A DNA stretch of 50,000 nt from Asterias amurensis (Eukaryota). The stretch lies in assembly GCF_032118995.1 (NCBI RefSeq), contig NC_092652.1, forward strand, positions 15,638,336 to 15,688,335, in the 5' to 3' direction. A program made the translations under genes and the position numbers. Under the pieces are notes generated by a model. That model searched no databases. It was given only the letters and a program-made list of their open reading frames with translations, and was not told where the DNA came from. Of the stretch, positions 1-13,177 are shown piece by piece. How positions within the stretch are numbered: the stretch's first letter is position 1; every line of letters starts with the position of its first letter.

Positions 1-240
1 CCTTTTTATAGCTCCATGCACATAGTGACTTCGTTGTTAGGCAGGCATTGGTGTTTCCCGTCACTGAAATAAAACGGGGGTTAAGTAAATAAAATCATAA
101 AAAATGTAAAAATCATCTCATGTAAAATGCATTTTTTTCATTTATTTTCTAAACAACGTGTCGTTTTACAGTGCGTGTTGCTTTTGAAAACCTCTTGTCT
201 TGCTAACAAGAAAGTTTATACACATAGGATACGAACTGCC

Positions 241-478
241 TCTAGTCATCGGGTTGGTAGTGGTTAGTCATATGCCCTAGCATTGCAAAGGTCATGGGTT
301 CGAATCCCACCGAGTTATTTGCCTAAGGAAAGTGTAGCCTTTTGTCAAGGCCTCCGTGGCTTGGACAGCTTCGTAGAACCGCGACCCCAAGCGACTGAAA
401 GTGGAGACCACGCCCGCGAGTCGAGCGGCGAATTCATGAGGCTCTTTTACATCTTGTTTTACATCTTGTTATTTTGTA
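241..478 (+). mobile_element. tRNA-derived SINE-like element.
   Basis: tRNA-like head 'gggttggtagtggttagtc...ggtcatgggttcgaatccc' (D-loop-like segment and T-loop/B-box GGTTCGAATCC), then the body 'gtcaaggcctccgtggcttggacagcttcgtagaaccgcgaccccaagcgactgaaagtggagaccacgc', then a short tandem tail (tacatcttgtttt x2). Confidence 0.65.
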
Positions 479-879
479 TGAAACACGATAAAATAATCAA
501 AGCGCGGACTTTCCCTACTTTGGTCCATTAAAAAAATCAAAAATAATCAGACAACATGGAAGTAAGTTTATGTTAAAATAAGTTTGAAAAATACGTTGAT
601 GAATAATATAAGAGAATGAAGCATCAACTACTTGGACATTATCTGGAAAAAAGGTAGTGTGAATGCAACAGACTAGAATGCATGATACGTGTAAACGAAC
701 CCAAGGTGGATGACTTTTGTTTTTCCAGGCAGTGCAGTTTGCTTAATTTTGTAATGTATGCTGACCCGTTGACCCCGTCGCTTCTGATTGGTTTGGACTT
801 TAACTGCCAATTCGGCAGCAGAAGTCGAGATTTATAACGAAAAACATAAGAAACCGCAATCGGGTTGTAAAAGTTCCTT

Positions 880-1010
880 GTGGCTGTGCCACTCGGTGCG
901 TGGTCTCCTTTTCCAGTCGCTTGTGATATCGGCTCTATGAAGCTGTAAAAGCAACGAAGGCCTTGACATAAGGCTAAGGGAAAGTACTGAGTATAAGGGT
1001 AAAAGCAAAT
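880..1010 (-). mobile_element. Second copy of the same SINE body, inverted orientation, head degraded.
   Basis: The reverse complement of 880-1000 aligns to 330-430: 'gtcaaggcct.cg.gc....acagcttc.tagagccg...aagcgactg.aaaggagaccacgc.ccgag'. The ORF track shows paralogous peptides FCQGLRGLDSFVEPRPQATESGDHA and LCQGLRCFYSFIEPISQATGKGDHA. Confidence 0.65.
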
Positions 1011-1929
1011 CATTTTCTATAACCCTGGTGCAAAACTAACATTTATTTAGTAATTATGACACCAAGTTCAGCATAACTCTCCCTTAAAAAGTGTAAAGCA
1101 GAATGAACATTTCTAATTGATTTAACGGTCTCACAATAGAGTCTGATTTTTGTCGATGCTGATATCTGAACCGATTGTGAGAGGGATGGGGGTCTCAGGA
1201 CGTGAGGACAGTTATTGGTTTTATGTTATCCATTATCAGTCATGGCTCGGATTGTTTACCTAATACTTTTATTTTAAACTAAAGATGTGACGACACAGGG
1301 AATTAAACGGAATGTTGTCCCTTCTCTTCATTACTTATGCACCGAAAGTGACTTTGTTTGAGTTGAAGGGTTCCTACAAGGTAATTTTACAGCCTTTTAA
1401 AAAATACTGTTGAAACAAACTTCTCGACCTCATTAGAATCGAAGAGAGCTGGGATGGGAATTTTGATGAGGAGACATACGCCTTTTGGCGATAGTTATTT
1501 TTTATAACTTTTATGCTGTCCTGGGCACCCCACTGTTGTTTTACTTTGTTTTCTTAAATATGTTTAATGTATGTACATGTGCTTGTAAATATGATTGCCC
1601 GAAGAAAATATTATTATTTTTATGAGTTATTGCAAGTTCTTCAACTAAGTTCTGCGCTAAACGGCGAACTTTGGCCGTGGTGACAATTAAAACTAGTCAT
1701 TGACAACTTGGAAATAAGTATTCAAGTAGTTTGCTGCACTTAAAATAATTCAAAATGGAGACGCCGGGAGAAGATTCCTGAACAATCGTAAAGAGTCGTG
1801 CACTGTGTTATGATGTGTTCCGAGTTAGCAAAAGTATAGCTTCAAAGGGACTTAGAGTTCGAGTTGCTATATAATTAGCTGGGTCCTTATATATCTCATA
1901 CGGGAATGTGTTGAAATCTGTTTTCAACG

Positions 1930-2720
1930 GTTTAATTGATGTTGTCAACATGAACAATAAATGTGCACTGAATTGAGTTAAATTCAAAACGCTGGTCAAA
2001 CCATGGAGGAAGGAAGAGAAGGAGCTCGAACGAAGGGACCTCAAAAGTCGAACCCGCGGTACCGCGGTCGTTTAACGATACCTCGTAATCACCGACATAC
2101 CTTATACAGACAATGGGCGACCTGGCGTATGTGAGTTTGCGCGTGCGCACTTGGTTCTTCACTCAACTATGGTGTCGTGTGTCGTATGGATATAGTACAG
2201 AAAAAACAACATTTATTGAGACCTGATAAAAATTGTGTACACTTGTGCTCACCAAATCGAAAAACACAATTGAATACCAACCACCCTCGTGTGCTAATAC
2301 CCAAATTATGAACCACCGCTAGTGACCGGAAAGTCACAAAAAATGTAAAAATATGTCATGATGTTTCAGTGAAACACCACAAACGGTATTGAAAACGTGT
2401 ATAATATTCACAATTCTTGTCTCCAATGTTTCAACTTTACACGCAGGCAAGAGCGCAGACTGGCGGTACCACACGTTCTGCACAAAGAGATTTAATCCCG
2501 CTCGTTAATCGGCCGTCCAGCTGGAGGTCCCCTATCTTTTTCCACTGGCCAGACAGGGGCATTGTCAGAGTATTCTTTTGTTACTCTGCGGTTTTGCGGG
2601 TCGTTCGAGCTCCTTCTCTTCCTTCCTCCATGGTCAAACTGACTTACCAGGATTTCTGTCTGTTCTGACCTTTGATCTTTACTCTTAGATACTTGTTCGT
2701 GAATGATTAAAAACATTATT
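1930..2720. mobile_element. Foldback-type element with long inverted arms of about 230 bp.
   Basis: Arm 1 (about 1960-2165) 'ccatggaggaaggaagagaaggagctcgaacgaagggacc...ccgcggtaccgcgg' is the reverse complement of arm 2 (about 2440-2660) '...tcgttcgagctccttctcttccttcctccatggtcaaactg'. A 270-bp spacer lies between them. Confidence 0.6.
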
Positions 2721-2744
2721 ATTAAGGATCAGCACATGGTCGCT

Positions 2745-3042
2745 TAAAGGCACTGGACACCTTTGGTTATTGTCAAAGACCAACACACTCGTTGTATCCC
2801 AACATATGCATAAAATAACCATATGCGAAAATTTAGACTCAATTGGTCATTGAAGTGCAAGTATGAAAGAAAAACACCTTTGTTTGAAAAATGCACCTAT
2901 TAAAAAAAAAACTTTACTACTTCAGAAGGAACCGTTTCTCACAATATTTTATACTATCAGCAACTCTCCATTGCTTCCTCTAGGTTAGTTATTACGCTAA
3001 CAATTATTTTTGAGTAATTACCAATAGTGTCCACGCCTTTAA
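2745..3042. mobile_element. MITE family A copy, degenerate.
   Basis: TIR-like 'AAAGGCACTGGACACCTTTGGTTATTGTCAAAGACCA' at the left, and 'TGAGTAATTACCAATAGTGTCCACGCCTTTAA' at the right. Confidence 0.6.
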
Positions 3043-4037
3043 CCATTTATCTGAAAGACTTAAGACTGGGTTGCTGTAAAAATCAAAGAAGTGGTGGCAG
3101 ACTTTCAAAAATGGATTTCGTTTATACTTTGCACAAGTGAAGGCCATCAACCAAAATGTAAAAATAAAGCATAAGTTTTGCTTTTACACCTTCGTTGCCA
3201 TGGCAACGGTCAAAAGTAGAAAATTACCATTTTTAACCTTATTCAGCACTTTTCATGAGTACAAATTACCGAAAGTTGAGGGCTTCACTGTGTGAAAACC
3301 AAATAGTGGACCTACCTCTCAGCTGGATAAAAATGGTAACTATAGATCCTTAATTTTTCCAAAAATGCATTTTACAAAAGTCCATTAATTGTGAATGGAA
3401 GATTCCATTATTTCAAAAAGGTGTGTTTTGAGGAAAAGTCAACTTGTGAAATATAGGGGGTTGCTATAGATTGTATAGATTTAAAGTTATAAAATAATGC
3501 TCTTTTTATGACTTTCTACATGCTTAACAATAATTGAAAGCATTTTATGACAACCTAACTCTCAGTTGTATAAACATGCATCACAGAATTAAAAAAGAAA
3601 GTTTTTGTATTTTTTGAACTGTGGAGCAGTGTTGCCAGAAACTTCATGTTAAAAAAAAAAAAATGTATTTTGCAAATTTCATAATCATATGAAAAAATAA
3701 TGCTCTTTAATTACTTTTTACACACTGAACAATGATGTTGATTGAAAACACAGGCACACAGTATAGACAAGCAACTTACAAGTATATAAATATAACTTTC
3801 AATTGTATAAACATGCATCACAAAGACATTCTGTTGTATGTTTGTGGTCATTTACGTTTGGCTATAGCAGCTACAATCATCAACAAAATGTTCAATTTTC
3901 TTGACAAAATGGCCGTTCCAAGCTTTTCGTTTAAACTATCAAAAATGTCTAACACGTCCTTAACGCGGCGCACAGGCATCACATAATCAGTGACTGTACA
4001 ATTAATGGTAACGAAAATCAATTATTTTCCAAGTTCC

Positions 4038-4269
4038 TTAAAGACACTAGACACTATTGGTAACTGTCAAAGACAAGTCTTCTCAATTGGTGTATCTCAA
4101 CATATGCTTAATATCAAATTCGTGGAAAATTACTTCTTTCTCGAAAACAATGAGGGAGCCGTTTCTCACAATGTTTTATACTTTTAACCTCTCCCCATTA
4201 ATCGTTACCAAGTAAGGTTTGGTGCAATAATTATTTTGAGTAATTACCAATAGTGTCCACTGCCTTTAA
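4038..4269. mobile_element. MITE family A copy, internally deleted to about 230 bp.
   Basis: Left 'AAAGACACTAGACACTATTGGTAACTGTCAAAGACAAG' and right 'TTGAGTAATTACCAATAGTGTCCACTGCCTTTAA' inverted termini. Retains the 'ttcgtggaaaattacttctttctcgaaaac...ggagccgtttctcacaatgttttatac' core. Confidence 0.75.
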
Positions 4270-6862
4270 TGGAACAAAGCCGGATAACACTATACCAGCC
4301 GAATTAGCTGGGGAGAGTCTTCGAACTATACACTGTATACAATTGACAGTTAAATTTTTATTTTAAGTTGCTTTAGCTTTATTTTATCCTGGTTTTTTTT
4401 TCAATCAACATCATTGTTCAGCATGTAAGAAATGCCATTTTAGAGAATTATTTAGATCTTGTTTTTGCAAATATTACCATGTTTGAAACAGTGTCACAGT
4501 TGCCCATTTTGTGCTCCCCAGACATGAAAACACAAATAATTCGCCCAATCATAACCGAAAGGGAAATATTCTCTGAAGGAAACTGAAGACACTACAAACT
4601 TTCCTACTACTAATGATGTCCAATTGGAATTTAAAAAGGGACTTTCAACAAAGGAAAGCGCTGTTCACATCGCTTTGTAATGAATTGTCACCAAAGTTTG
4701 ATATGCTTGGGGGCTGGGCAGGGGAGTGGGGGGGGGGTATAAAATCCAAAACTTAGGTCATTCAAAATATTCTTTGTCAATGTTGGGTAGTCCACAAGGC
4801 TACGGGTGCTAATGAAAGGTACCGGATTGATGGAAAACTTAAAAAATAAAAGTATTATTTTATTAATGTTATTATTTCAATCTGAAGAAAACAAATTCAA
4901 AATGCTTTTTTTTTTAGGCTGTAATGTTACAACCGGATACAATTGTATTTCTCAAAAATTTGTTCTCAAAATGGAAGGACCAATGTTGGCCCAAAATACA
5001 ACCGAAAGGACAACATTTTGAGACTCCTGGCAAATTGTCATTTAGAGGGCCAAAAATAGGGTAAAAATGCTGATTTTGCAATTTTCTAAAGACATGCGCT
5101 AATGCTGTTCTAAAAATAGCATAAGGGTAAAAGTTGAAGCAATTATTGTTTGTCTCAAGTAAAACAAAGGACGACTCGTTGTATTGAAGTGAAAGGTTTT
5201 ATAAATAAAAATTAAAAAATGCGCATTGGCTGGGTGGAGCTGCAATATGCTAAAATACAGTTTTTCAGACAAAAAATCGGCAAAACATTGCAAAAACACA
5301 AAATGAGCTGTTACCATGGCAACGGGCTATGTGGTGATTTCAAAAGTTTTTTTTTATGCACCTCAAAGCCCTTCCACCCAAAAGGTATTTAAAAAAACAA
5401 ATAAAAATACCTGATATTTTCCTATCAATAATGTATAATTTTTGGTCATTTATTGCGTTTTTCCCCCTGCAACGGCAAAACTGTGTTCGCGCACTTAAAA
5501 TACCAAAACATTTTATTGCATTTTTATGTAGATTGGTACCTTATCTTCCAACTATAAACGTGTCATAATCCACAAAGTGCCACTTTCGGACTTATGGCCC
5601 ATTTCAACACCCCTATTTTTCGCTAACAGAAAATATGACAACACCCCCATTTGAAATAGTGGTTCGATCCAAAGTTGATCGCACAGTTAATTTTTAAAAA
5701 CATTTTCTGAAAGAGTAAACATGGTTGTGCAATATGTGTGAAAGAAAAACTTCAACGTTTTCCCCTTTAGACGTACCAGTACTTTCAATTCACCTATATT
5801 TCAACACTTAAAAAAGGTAAAAACTTGGAAAATTTGCTGAAAATCTTATTTTGGCCGTAACCATGGCAACCAATGTCTGATATAACTTTTTTTTTTTTTT
5901 TTGTGTTTTGTGTACCCATACCTACTCGTACATGGAGTTTTGCCAAAATCCATTTTTTGAAGTCTGCCAACATTTCAAAAATATCTTTGATTTTTACAGC
6001 AACCCAGTCTTAAGGCCACAAATTTGGGTTTTTGCATTAAACGGTAATCGGATTCATGAGAATATTTCAACCTCCTCTTGTGGTTTACTCTGGTAATTTG
6101 ACTGTAATACTGTTTGGTCTTTTTTTATGAAATAGAGTTTTAAATATCTTAGAAATATCCACCTTTGTTACCCCGTTTTTGGGGCTAGTTTTAATCGCAA
6201 ATTTTAAAACTAAATATTTAATGATAGTTTCGGCCGAATGCAAACTCCCTTTTTGATACAAAGCGAAATTTGACAGCGAAAACTTTAGTTCACCAAGGAT
6301 GACGTACATGCCATGGCTGTTTGGGGATTAATTAAGCAATTACTACCCAGCTTCCACAACTCAATTGTACTCAACTCCTGAACTCCACAACTGCTATATA
6401 GTTACCAACCCATCAAGGGTTGCCTATCACTTGATAATGGTTGTTGCCCGACTACAAGGGCCAACAATGTACATACACAACTAGTCTAATGACCAGAAAA
6501 CATGAAATTGGTCAAGGAAACGAAATGTTGACAGCGGTTATACAGATTCGTGTCCAACTATAGTAAGACTGATTATTTTGAATAATTGAAAGAAAAAAAG
6601 TACCCAAAACTGGTTGGATTTCCATGGTTGATTTGTTTTACTGTACTGGCCAACAGGAAAGATGACAATATAGGAGTGTTTCTAGGCTTTACCTGACATA
6701 CAAATCTGACAACCGCAAGGGGTTTATGCAAACATAAACACTTCCGCACTTGACGTTTAATTCCACCACATTAATATTGTTTAATCCTGTCGTTTGACGG
6801 ATTAACTTATTAATTTAGGTGTTGATCATTATAACGATTACATTTACCCGCCATTCATTTAT

Positions 6863-7232
6863 TTAAAGGCAATGGACAATATTGGTAATTGCTCAAAATA
6901 GTTGTTAGCGTAACAACTTACTTGTTAGCGATCAATGAAGAGATTTTGATAGTAAAAGAAACTGTGAGAATCGGCTCCCTCTAAAGTAACGTCATTTTCT
7001 AGAAAGAACTTATTTCTCATTAAACATATTTGAATTTGATTTCGAGTCCTCAGAATTAGATTTTGAGGTATCGGATTCAAGCATCTGAAAGCACACAACT
7101 TCGCGTGACAAGTTTTTAAAAATATATATTCCATTGTTATCTCGCAACTTTGAAGACCAATTGAGTTCTAATTTTCACAGGTTTGTTATTTTGTGCATAC
7201 GTTGAGACCCACCAAGTGAGAAGACTGGTCTT
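6863..7232. mobile_element. MITE family A copy, 3' terminus truncated.
   Basis: Left TIR 'AAAGGCAATGGACAATATTGGTAATTGCTCAAAATAGTTGTTAGC', the internal 'gatttcgagtcctcagaattagattttgaggtatcggattcaagc' hairpin, and the 'aattttcacaggtttgttattttgtgcatacgttgag' core. Confidence 0.75.
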
Positions 7233-7320
7233 TAAAGGCACTGTACACGTTTGGTAATTGTCAAAGACCAGTATTCTCATTACATGGGGTGCAGTATCCC
7301 AACATGCTTATGTCCTCTCC
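7233..7320. mobile_element. MITE family A 5' fragment abutting the previous copy.
   Basis: 'AAAGGCACTGTACACGTTTGGTAATTGTCAAAGACCAGTATTCTCATTACATGGGGTGCAGTATCCCAACATGC' repeats the element start. Confidence 0.55.
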
Positions 7321-8134
7321 TGAGTGAAACACCACTCGTTTTGTCCGCCATACCACTCTTGCAAAGAACTATTTGGCGGACAACTCTTTTTGGCAAAAGA
7401 TAAGAACCACGTGATACACATTTATCTATAATATGTATAAAGTCTTATCCGCAGCAAAAAGTATGAAGTTTTATTGAGTATGGCCTACATATGTTTCTAC
7501 AGCTCTAGTCAGGATGCATTGCTGATCTACACATAATAGGCTCCAACGGTTTTAGTCAGGTTGTTAAACAAAACACTGTTTTGCTAAATTTTGTCTGAGG
7601 GCACAAAAAAAAAAATTAGAAATCGGACTGATTTTAAGAATAAAGGAATACTATCATGCAAGCTGTAAATTGCAAAACCAATACACATTTTTGCCACTGC
7701 AAGAGACAGGTGCATATGGGAACAATTACCGCTGCAATGCACATTAAACAAATTACTTTGGCAGGGTCCAACTTTGTGAACCTTTCCGAGAATAAAAAAA
7801 AAAAAAAAAATTAGATTTGAATGTTTACTCTTCTTCAAGATTGCAGTGTTGCCTGCAATGGCCTTAGTGAACACCATCCTAATGCAAAAGGTGCGCTTTC
7901 TACTGCGTACACTTACTGTGCTGTAAAAGTATAACTTTGTATTTGTATAATCTATAAGTCATTGTGAGCACCATTCCTTTCCATTTGTGGATCTACTCCA
8001 CCGCCGTTTCTGATTCATCATTTCTGTCTGACTACAAAACAACTAGCCTTATTTTTATTTTTAAAAATAAATTAATAACTCAACAAAAACCTAAAGAGAA
8101 CGAAGGAAAATGTATCAAACCCAACACAAACCCC

Positions 8135-8516
8135 TTTAAAGGCAGTGGACACTACTGTTAATTACTCAAAATAATTATTAGCATATAACCTTTCTTGGTG
8201 ACGAGTAATGGGGAGAGGTTGATGGTATAACACATTGTGAGAAACGGCTCCCTCTGAAGTGCCATAGTTTTCGAGAAAGAAGTAATTTTCCACGAATTTG
8301 ATTTCGAGACCTTAGATTTAGAACTTGAGGTCTTGAAATCAACCACCGAAACGCACACAACTTCGTGTGACAAGGGTGTTTTCTTCTTTCATTATTATCT
8401 CGCAACTTTGATGACCGATTGAGTTCAAATTTTCACAGGTTTGTTATTTTATGCATATGTTGACATACACCAACTGTGAAGGCTAGTCTTTACCAATAGT
8501 GTCCACTGCCTTTAAA
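8135..8516. mobile_element. MITE family A full-length copy, about 382 bp.
   Basis: TIRs 'AAAGGCAGTGGACACTACTGTTAATTACTCAAAATAATTATTAGC' and 'CCAATAGTGTCCACTGCCTTTAAA'. Central palindrome 'gatttcgagaccttagatttagaacttgaggtcttgaaatcaacc'. Confidence 0.85.
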
Positions 8517-9640
8517 ACGACACTGTAAAAAAGTATGGACCCTTATTTTTACGACCTTCGCCTATAAAAAATGCTGCCTTTTAGCCTTTTATGTGAAGGG
8601 AGTTTTCTTCAAAATTATGTTGTGACTGACTTGATGGACTTTTCCAAAGACGAGAGACAGTTTGTCAAAATCTGAATAAACTTATTTTTGTCGGTCAATC
8701 ATAAAAGCCTATAAGGACACAATGCCTAAATAGCGATTCAGGCTCATCAACAAAACGGGAACAAAGAATATTGTAAAATTATAGTTCAATTTCCATCAGT
8801 TCTTGCATTGAATAGAAAAAAAGAAGATCAAGACAAAAGCCTTACCTTTTGGCACGTTTGCTATTCGTCGAATTATAGGTCCGTGTTTGGTCCAACTTAT
8901 AATCAAGAACTTTGCAAAGTGAAGTTACCCCAGAAGATCAAAACGTGATGACATCAGAGATATATGCCTACTTTGAAACCGCCTCTTAAAATCCATATGG
9001 CACCTCGAGCTCCAAACATTAATGTTCACTTAGCTGTTTGAATAATAAATCGCGTAATTCCCCATATAGTCAACTAGGTGGGTGTTTCAAGGAATCTTGT
9101 CTCTAGTGACGATGTCAGACCAGTCAACAGGTCACACCTACATTGGCAATGGTGGTAGCGTGTAAGTGGATATTACGACGTACAGCACACTAAGTTGCTA
9201 TGGCATCATATACAGTGTAGTACACAGGTATAGGGCCTGTTAGATCAGAACGCTTCAGTTACCATAATTTAACTTTGAACATTTTAGTAAGTCAAAACTA
9301 TTACCGAAACTTCTTTAGAATAAAGATTGCCCTAAAGGATTGGTGATGATGGATAACGTCTGATTCGTGTCAATTTAACCGATAGCTTTACCGATAATAG
9401 GTAAAGTTCAAACAAATAATCTCTGACAGGAACATTTCTTCAATCTGTCAAAGTCTAGAGAACAAGCCCATTGAAATGTTAAACAGCTTTTTTTCTTGAC
9501 GAAATAATCATAAATTGTTTGAAAATTTAATTTGGAGCAAAAAGGAGCCATTGTTTTTAAAAAAAAACTCGAGACCCAAGATTATGTGGCCAGCCATATA
9601 TGCAAGTAATTTGAACAAAAACAATTTCGCTTTTTGTGGT

Positions 9641-9676
9641 GAGGTCGTTACAACTCAACTCACAACTCACAACTCA
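9641..9676. repeat. (CAACT/CACAACT)n microsatellite.
   Basis: 'gttacaactcaactcacaactcacaactcaactcaactctg'. Confidence 0.8.
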
Positions 9677-10524
9677 ACTCAACTCTGTCGACCCAAGTAC
9701 ATGTTATAGCCATTATACGTGACTGCATGCAGTGCTGTCTCTGTTGTTTTAGTGTTAATTTTATTGGACATGCACGTGCGTGTACTCACGTCGCACGCAC
9801 ACCATAATGTTTCTGGGTCATTATTTAACTGAGCGTTCAAGTTAGATTATTCAAACTCTATCATCATTCATGTATATAAATCTCCTGATGTAATGTCCAT
9901 ACTCTCTACAAATATGATGTCCATCATATTCATGTTTATATATATTTTTTTGTTAATAACACAATACATTATAATATTGTAGACTTTTCCATTGTTGATA
10001 AACGAAGTGCGCCGGTTGGCATAAACTGCCGAATGTGGGCAAAACATTCAAGCACGTTAAAACAAAAAAATACCAAATTTAAAATTTTTTGTAAACATTT
10101 ATGAGTTGAAATATATCTGTTATTGATTCCATAGTTTTCCAAACTCAGTTTAGTTGGCAAAAACTCGGGCTGTGACGTTGCAATGTATATTAGACCTGTT
10201 TTCCTTTTCATTTGATTGGTGGGACATGCGTCACGTGTCATCCTTTATTTTGTCATGTTTTTCAGTGAACTTTGGGACAAAGATAAGTACTATTATTGGC
10301 TCATTAAATGATTGTGCCTCTTTGTGACCTTTGTTTATCTTAATCTGTCGTTTGAGGGAGCCCAGTGTATTAACATTAACATATCATTAGAGGTGTCCAT
10401 ATTCCAAAGTCTTAAAAGATTCCAGGGGTGTCGATGGTGTTTTTCCAGGAACATGATCCAGACGAAAATAAAAGAGCGAACTATGTTCAGGTGGCTTTAC
10501 TTTCTGTTGGGGGGCTAATCATCC

Positions 10525-11050
10525 TTACTCGCAGCTAGAGCTGAACCGCGAAGGACGCTGCTTCAACGGGTTCGAGAAGCAGGCATGCAAGGGCGCCTTT
10601 GGCTGCCAGCCACACTAACCCATTATGACTACGGAGCGCAGCCAAAGATCGAAAGTGTTTGATTTTTCCCGCGGGAGGGACACCGGATGGTCTAGAAGAC
10701 CCTTTAGAACCAACGCACAACTCACTTCACATATAGCCCTGGCCGGGAATCGAACCGGGGTCGTCACCTTGGTGAGAGGCGAGCGCTTTAACGCACAAGC
10801 CAACCATGCCACCCAAACATCAACCCAAACACCCAAACATCAACCCATTATGACCACAGAGCACAGGAAAGATCGAAAGTCTTTGATTTTTCCCGAGGGA
10901 GGAAAACCAGATAGTCTGGAAAACCCTCGCGGCACAGCAGAGAACCAAGTTCGCACAACTCAACTCACATATGGCCCTGGCCGGGACTCGAACCGGGGTC
11001 ACCTTTTGTGAGAGGCGAGCGCTTTACGCACAAGCCAACCGTACCACCAC
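10525..11050 (-). mobile_element. Two tandem copies (about 10525-10830 and 10830-11050) of a tRNA-derived SINE, on the minus strand.
   Basis: Reverse complement gives 'GGTTGGCTTGTGCGTAAAGCGCTCGCCTCTCACAA(A)GGTGACCCCGGTTCGAGTCCCGGCCAGGGCCATATGTGAGTTGAGTTGTGCGAAC...'. It has a tRNA T-arm (GGTTCGAGTCC) and a D-loop-like region, and the unit is repeated with about 85% identity. The ORF track's 128-aa ORF here is an artefact. Confidence 0.7.
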
Positions 11051-11557
11051 TTGTCCGTTTAACTATAATATCATGACTTCTTATCTTCAACCCTAATTTA
11101 AAAATTGCTTGATCTTGAGGTCTGCACGAAAAATCCACAATTGAGAAATTGTATGTTTTGTAACAGCATCATCTTTCAAGATATAAACCTTCGAACCATT
11201 TAACTTTTCGGCGAACTCGGGTGATTCGACTTTAATTCACATTAGAGTGTATTTGATAGCGACGCACGGCTCACGCAATTGTTTATTTTTTTAGTTTTCC
11301 CTTTGTTCAATGGTTTTCCTTTTCAGAGAGAAAAGTTGGGGTCAATTGGTCATCGAAGAAAAAAACACCCTCGTTGAATATAACTGTGTGTTTTCAGATG
11401 CCTTAAAGCAAGACTCAATGCGCGAAGCCTCTCATGATCAAACTTTATGGTGAAAAGTACCCCTATCTCTTCAACTACATTACAATTCTCAGCTGAAACT
11501 TTGAAAGGTGACTTTTATCGTATCATTCTTGATAATTGATTGATGTGCCTGTAATCC

Positions 11558-11913
11558 TTTAAAGGCAGCTGACACTATTGGTAATTACTCCAAATAATTA
11601 TAAGCATGGGGAGAGGTTAATAGTATAAAACATATTGAGAAACGGCTCCCTCTGAAGTAACCTAGTTTTCGAGAAAGAATTAATTTTCCACGAATTCGAT
11701 TTCGAGACCTCAGATTTAGAATTTGAGGTCTCGAAATCAAGCATCAGAAAGCAAACAACTTCGTGTGACAAGTTTTTTTTTTTTTTTTTGCATTATTATA
11801 TCGCAACTTCAACGACAAATTGAACTAAAATTTTCACAGGCTTGTTATTTATGCATATGCTGAGAAGAAGACTGGTCTTTGACAATATTACCAATAGTGT
11901 CCACTGTCTTTAA
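11558..11913. mobile_element. MITE family A full-length copy.
   Basis: TIRs 'AAAGGCAGCTGACACTATTGGTAATTACTCCAAATAATTATAAGC' and 'TATTACCAATAGTGTCCACTGTCTTTAAAA'. Central palindrome 'ttcgatttcgagacctcagatttagaatttgaggtctcgaaatcaagc'. Contains a T18 tract. Confidence 0.85.
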
Positions 11914-12341
11914 AAGGACTGCGCGATCATGCTTCCCCATATCCATTTGTATTTCGCCAGAGTTGCCCATGTTGAACCCTGTAGCTTACCAGTTATTAAA
12001 ATATGCCAGTAACTTTATTTGTTTTGATGTAGTCATATCGCCTCTCTCAATTCTCTGTCGAGTGCGTTCTTCTCCTGCACACAACGAACCCGCCCAACAA
12101 CCCACACTTAAATCCACACAACTGGTGTTTGAACCCGTATTTACACATGGTCACAATTGACCGGTAATTGACTATTTACATTACTGTTTATAAAACCGCT
12201 GACGTTTTGTTTGATGAAAAGGCACTTGAGATTTTATGAATTTAGGGGTTCGTATTTTACCCGACAGCAGACATATTTGTGAGACCTATAAGGTTACGCA
12301 ACCAATCGTGTGGTTTTTCCCTTCCTATAAAGCCGGTGCTT

Positions 12342-12447
12342 GAAGGCAGTGGACACTATTGGTACTTACTCAAAATAATTATTAGCATAAAACCTTGTTT
12401 GATAACGAGTAATGATGGGGAGAGGTTGAAAGTATAAAACATTGTGT
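12342..12447. mobile_element. MITE family A terminal fragment.
   Basis: 'GAAGGCAGTGGACACTATTGGTACTTACTCAAAATAATTATTAGCATAAAACC...GGGGAGAGGTTGAAAGTATAAAACATTGTG', truncated before the ggctccctctgaagt core. Confidence 0.65.
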
Positions 12448-12452
12448 GTCTT

Positions 12453-12742
12453 ATTTAAATACACTGGACACTATTGGTAATTGCCAAAGACCAGTCTGCT
12501 CCTTGGGTGTATCTCGACATAAAATAAACCTGTGAAAATTTGAGCTCAATTGGTTATCGAAGCTGCGAGATAATAGGCCTAATGAAAAAGAAATTGTCAC
12601 ACGAAGTTGTGTGCTTTTAGATGCTTGATTTCGAGCCCTCAAAATTATAATCTGAGGTCTCGAAATGAAATTCGTGGAAAATTACATCTTACTCGAAAAA
12701 CTACGTTACTTCAGAGGGGCCGTTTCCCACAACATAGAGCTA
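12453..12742. mobile_element. MITE family A copy lacking the distal terminus, inverted relative to the preceding fragment.
   Basis: 'AAATACACTGGACACTATTGGTAATTGCCAAAGACCAG' ... 'gatttcgagccctcaaaattataatctgaggtctcgaaatgaaattcgtggaaaattac' ... 'cttcagaggggccgtttcccacaac'. Confidence 0.7.
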
Positions 12743-12803
12743 AGAAAATTGTTGTCAATCTCTCGTGAAATTTGATGACAATCAATACATTTTTATCATT
12801 GCT

Positions 12804-13177
12804 TAAAGACACTGGACACTATTGGTAATTGTCAAAGTCTAGACACCACATTTGGTGTATCTCAACATATGCATAAAATAATAAACCTGTGAAAATTTGA
12901 GCTCAATCGGTCATCGAAGTTGCGAGATTATTAATGAAAGAAAAAACACCCCTGTTACACGAAGTTGTGTGCGTTTAGACGGTTGATTTCGAGACCTCAA
13001 TGGTCTCGAAATCAAATTCGTGGAAAATTACTCCTTTCTCGAAAACTATGTTACTTCAGAGGGAGCCGTTTCTCACAATGTTTTATACCATCAATCTCTC
13101 CCCATTACTCGTTATCAAGTAAGTTTTTATGCTAATAATTATGTTGAGTAATTACCAATAGTGTCCACTGCCTTTAA
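12804..13177. mobile_element. MITE family A full-length copy.
   Basis: TIRs 'AAAGACACTGGACACTATTGGTAATTGTCAAAG' and 'TGAGTAATTACCAATAGTGTCCACTGCCTTTAA'. Internal 'gatttcgagacctcaatggtctcgaaatcaaattcgtgg' (shortened palindrome loop). Confidence 0.85.

Noticed and set aside
4722-4738. G-homopolymers as possible G-quadruplex regulatory elements.
   Set aside because: Single uninterrupted G-runs lack the G3+N1-7 repeat architecture of intramolecular quadruplexes. They are more likely repeat termini or homopolymer artefacts, and are reported as such.
10625-11011. 128-aa ORF on the plus strand.
   Set aside because: It spans two tandem copies of a minus-strand tRNA-derived SINE. The amino-acid sequence itself is repeated, mirroring the DNA duplication.
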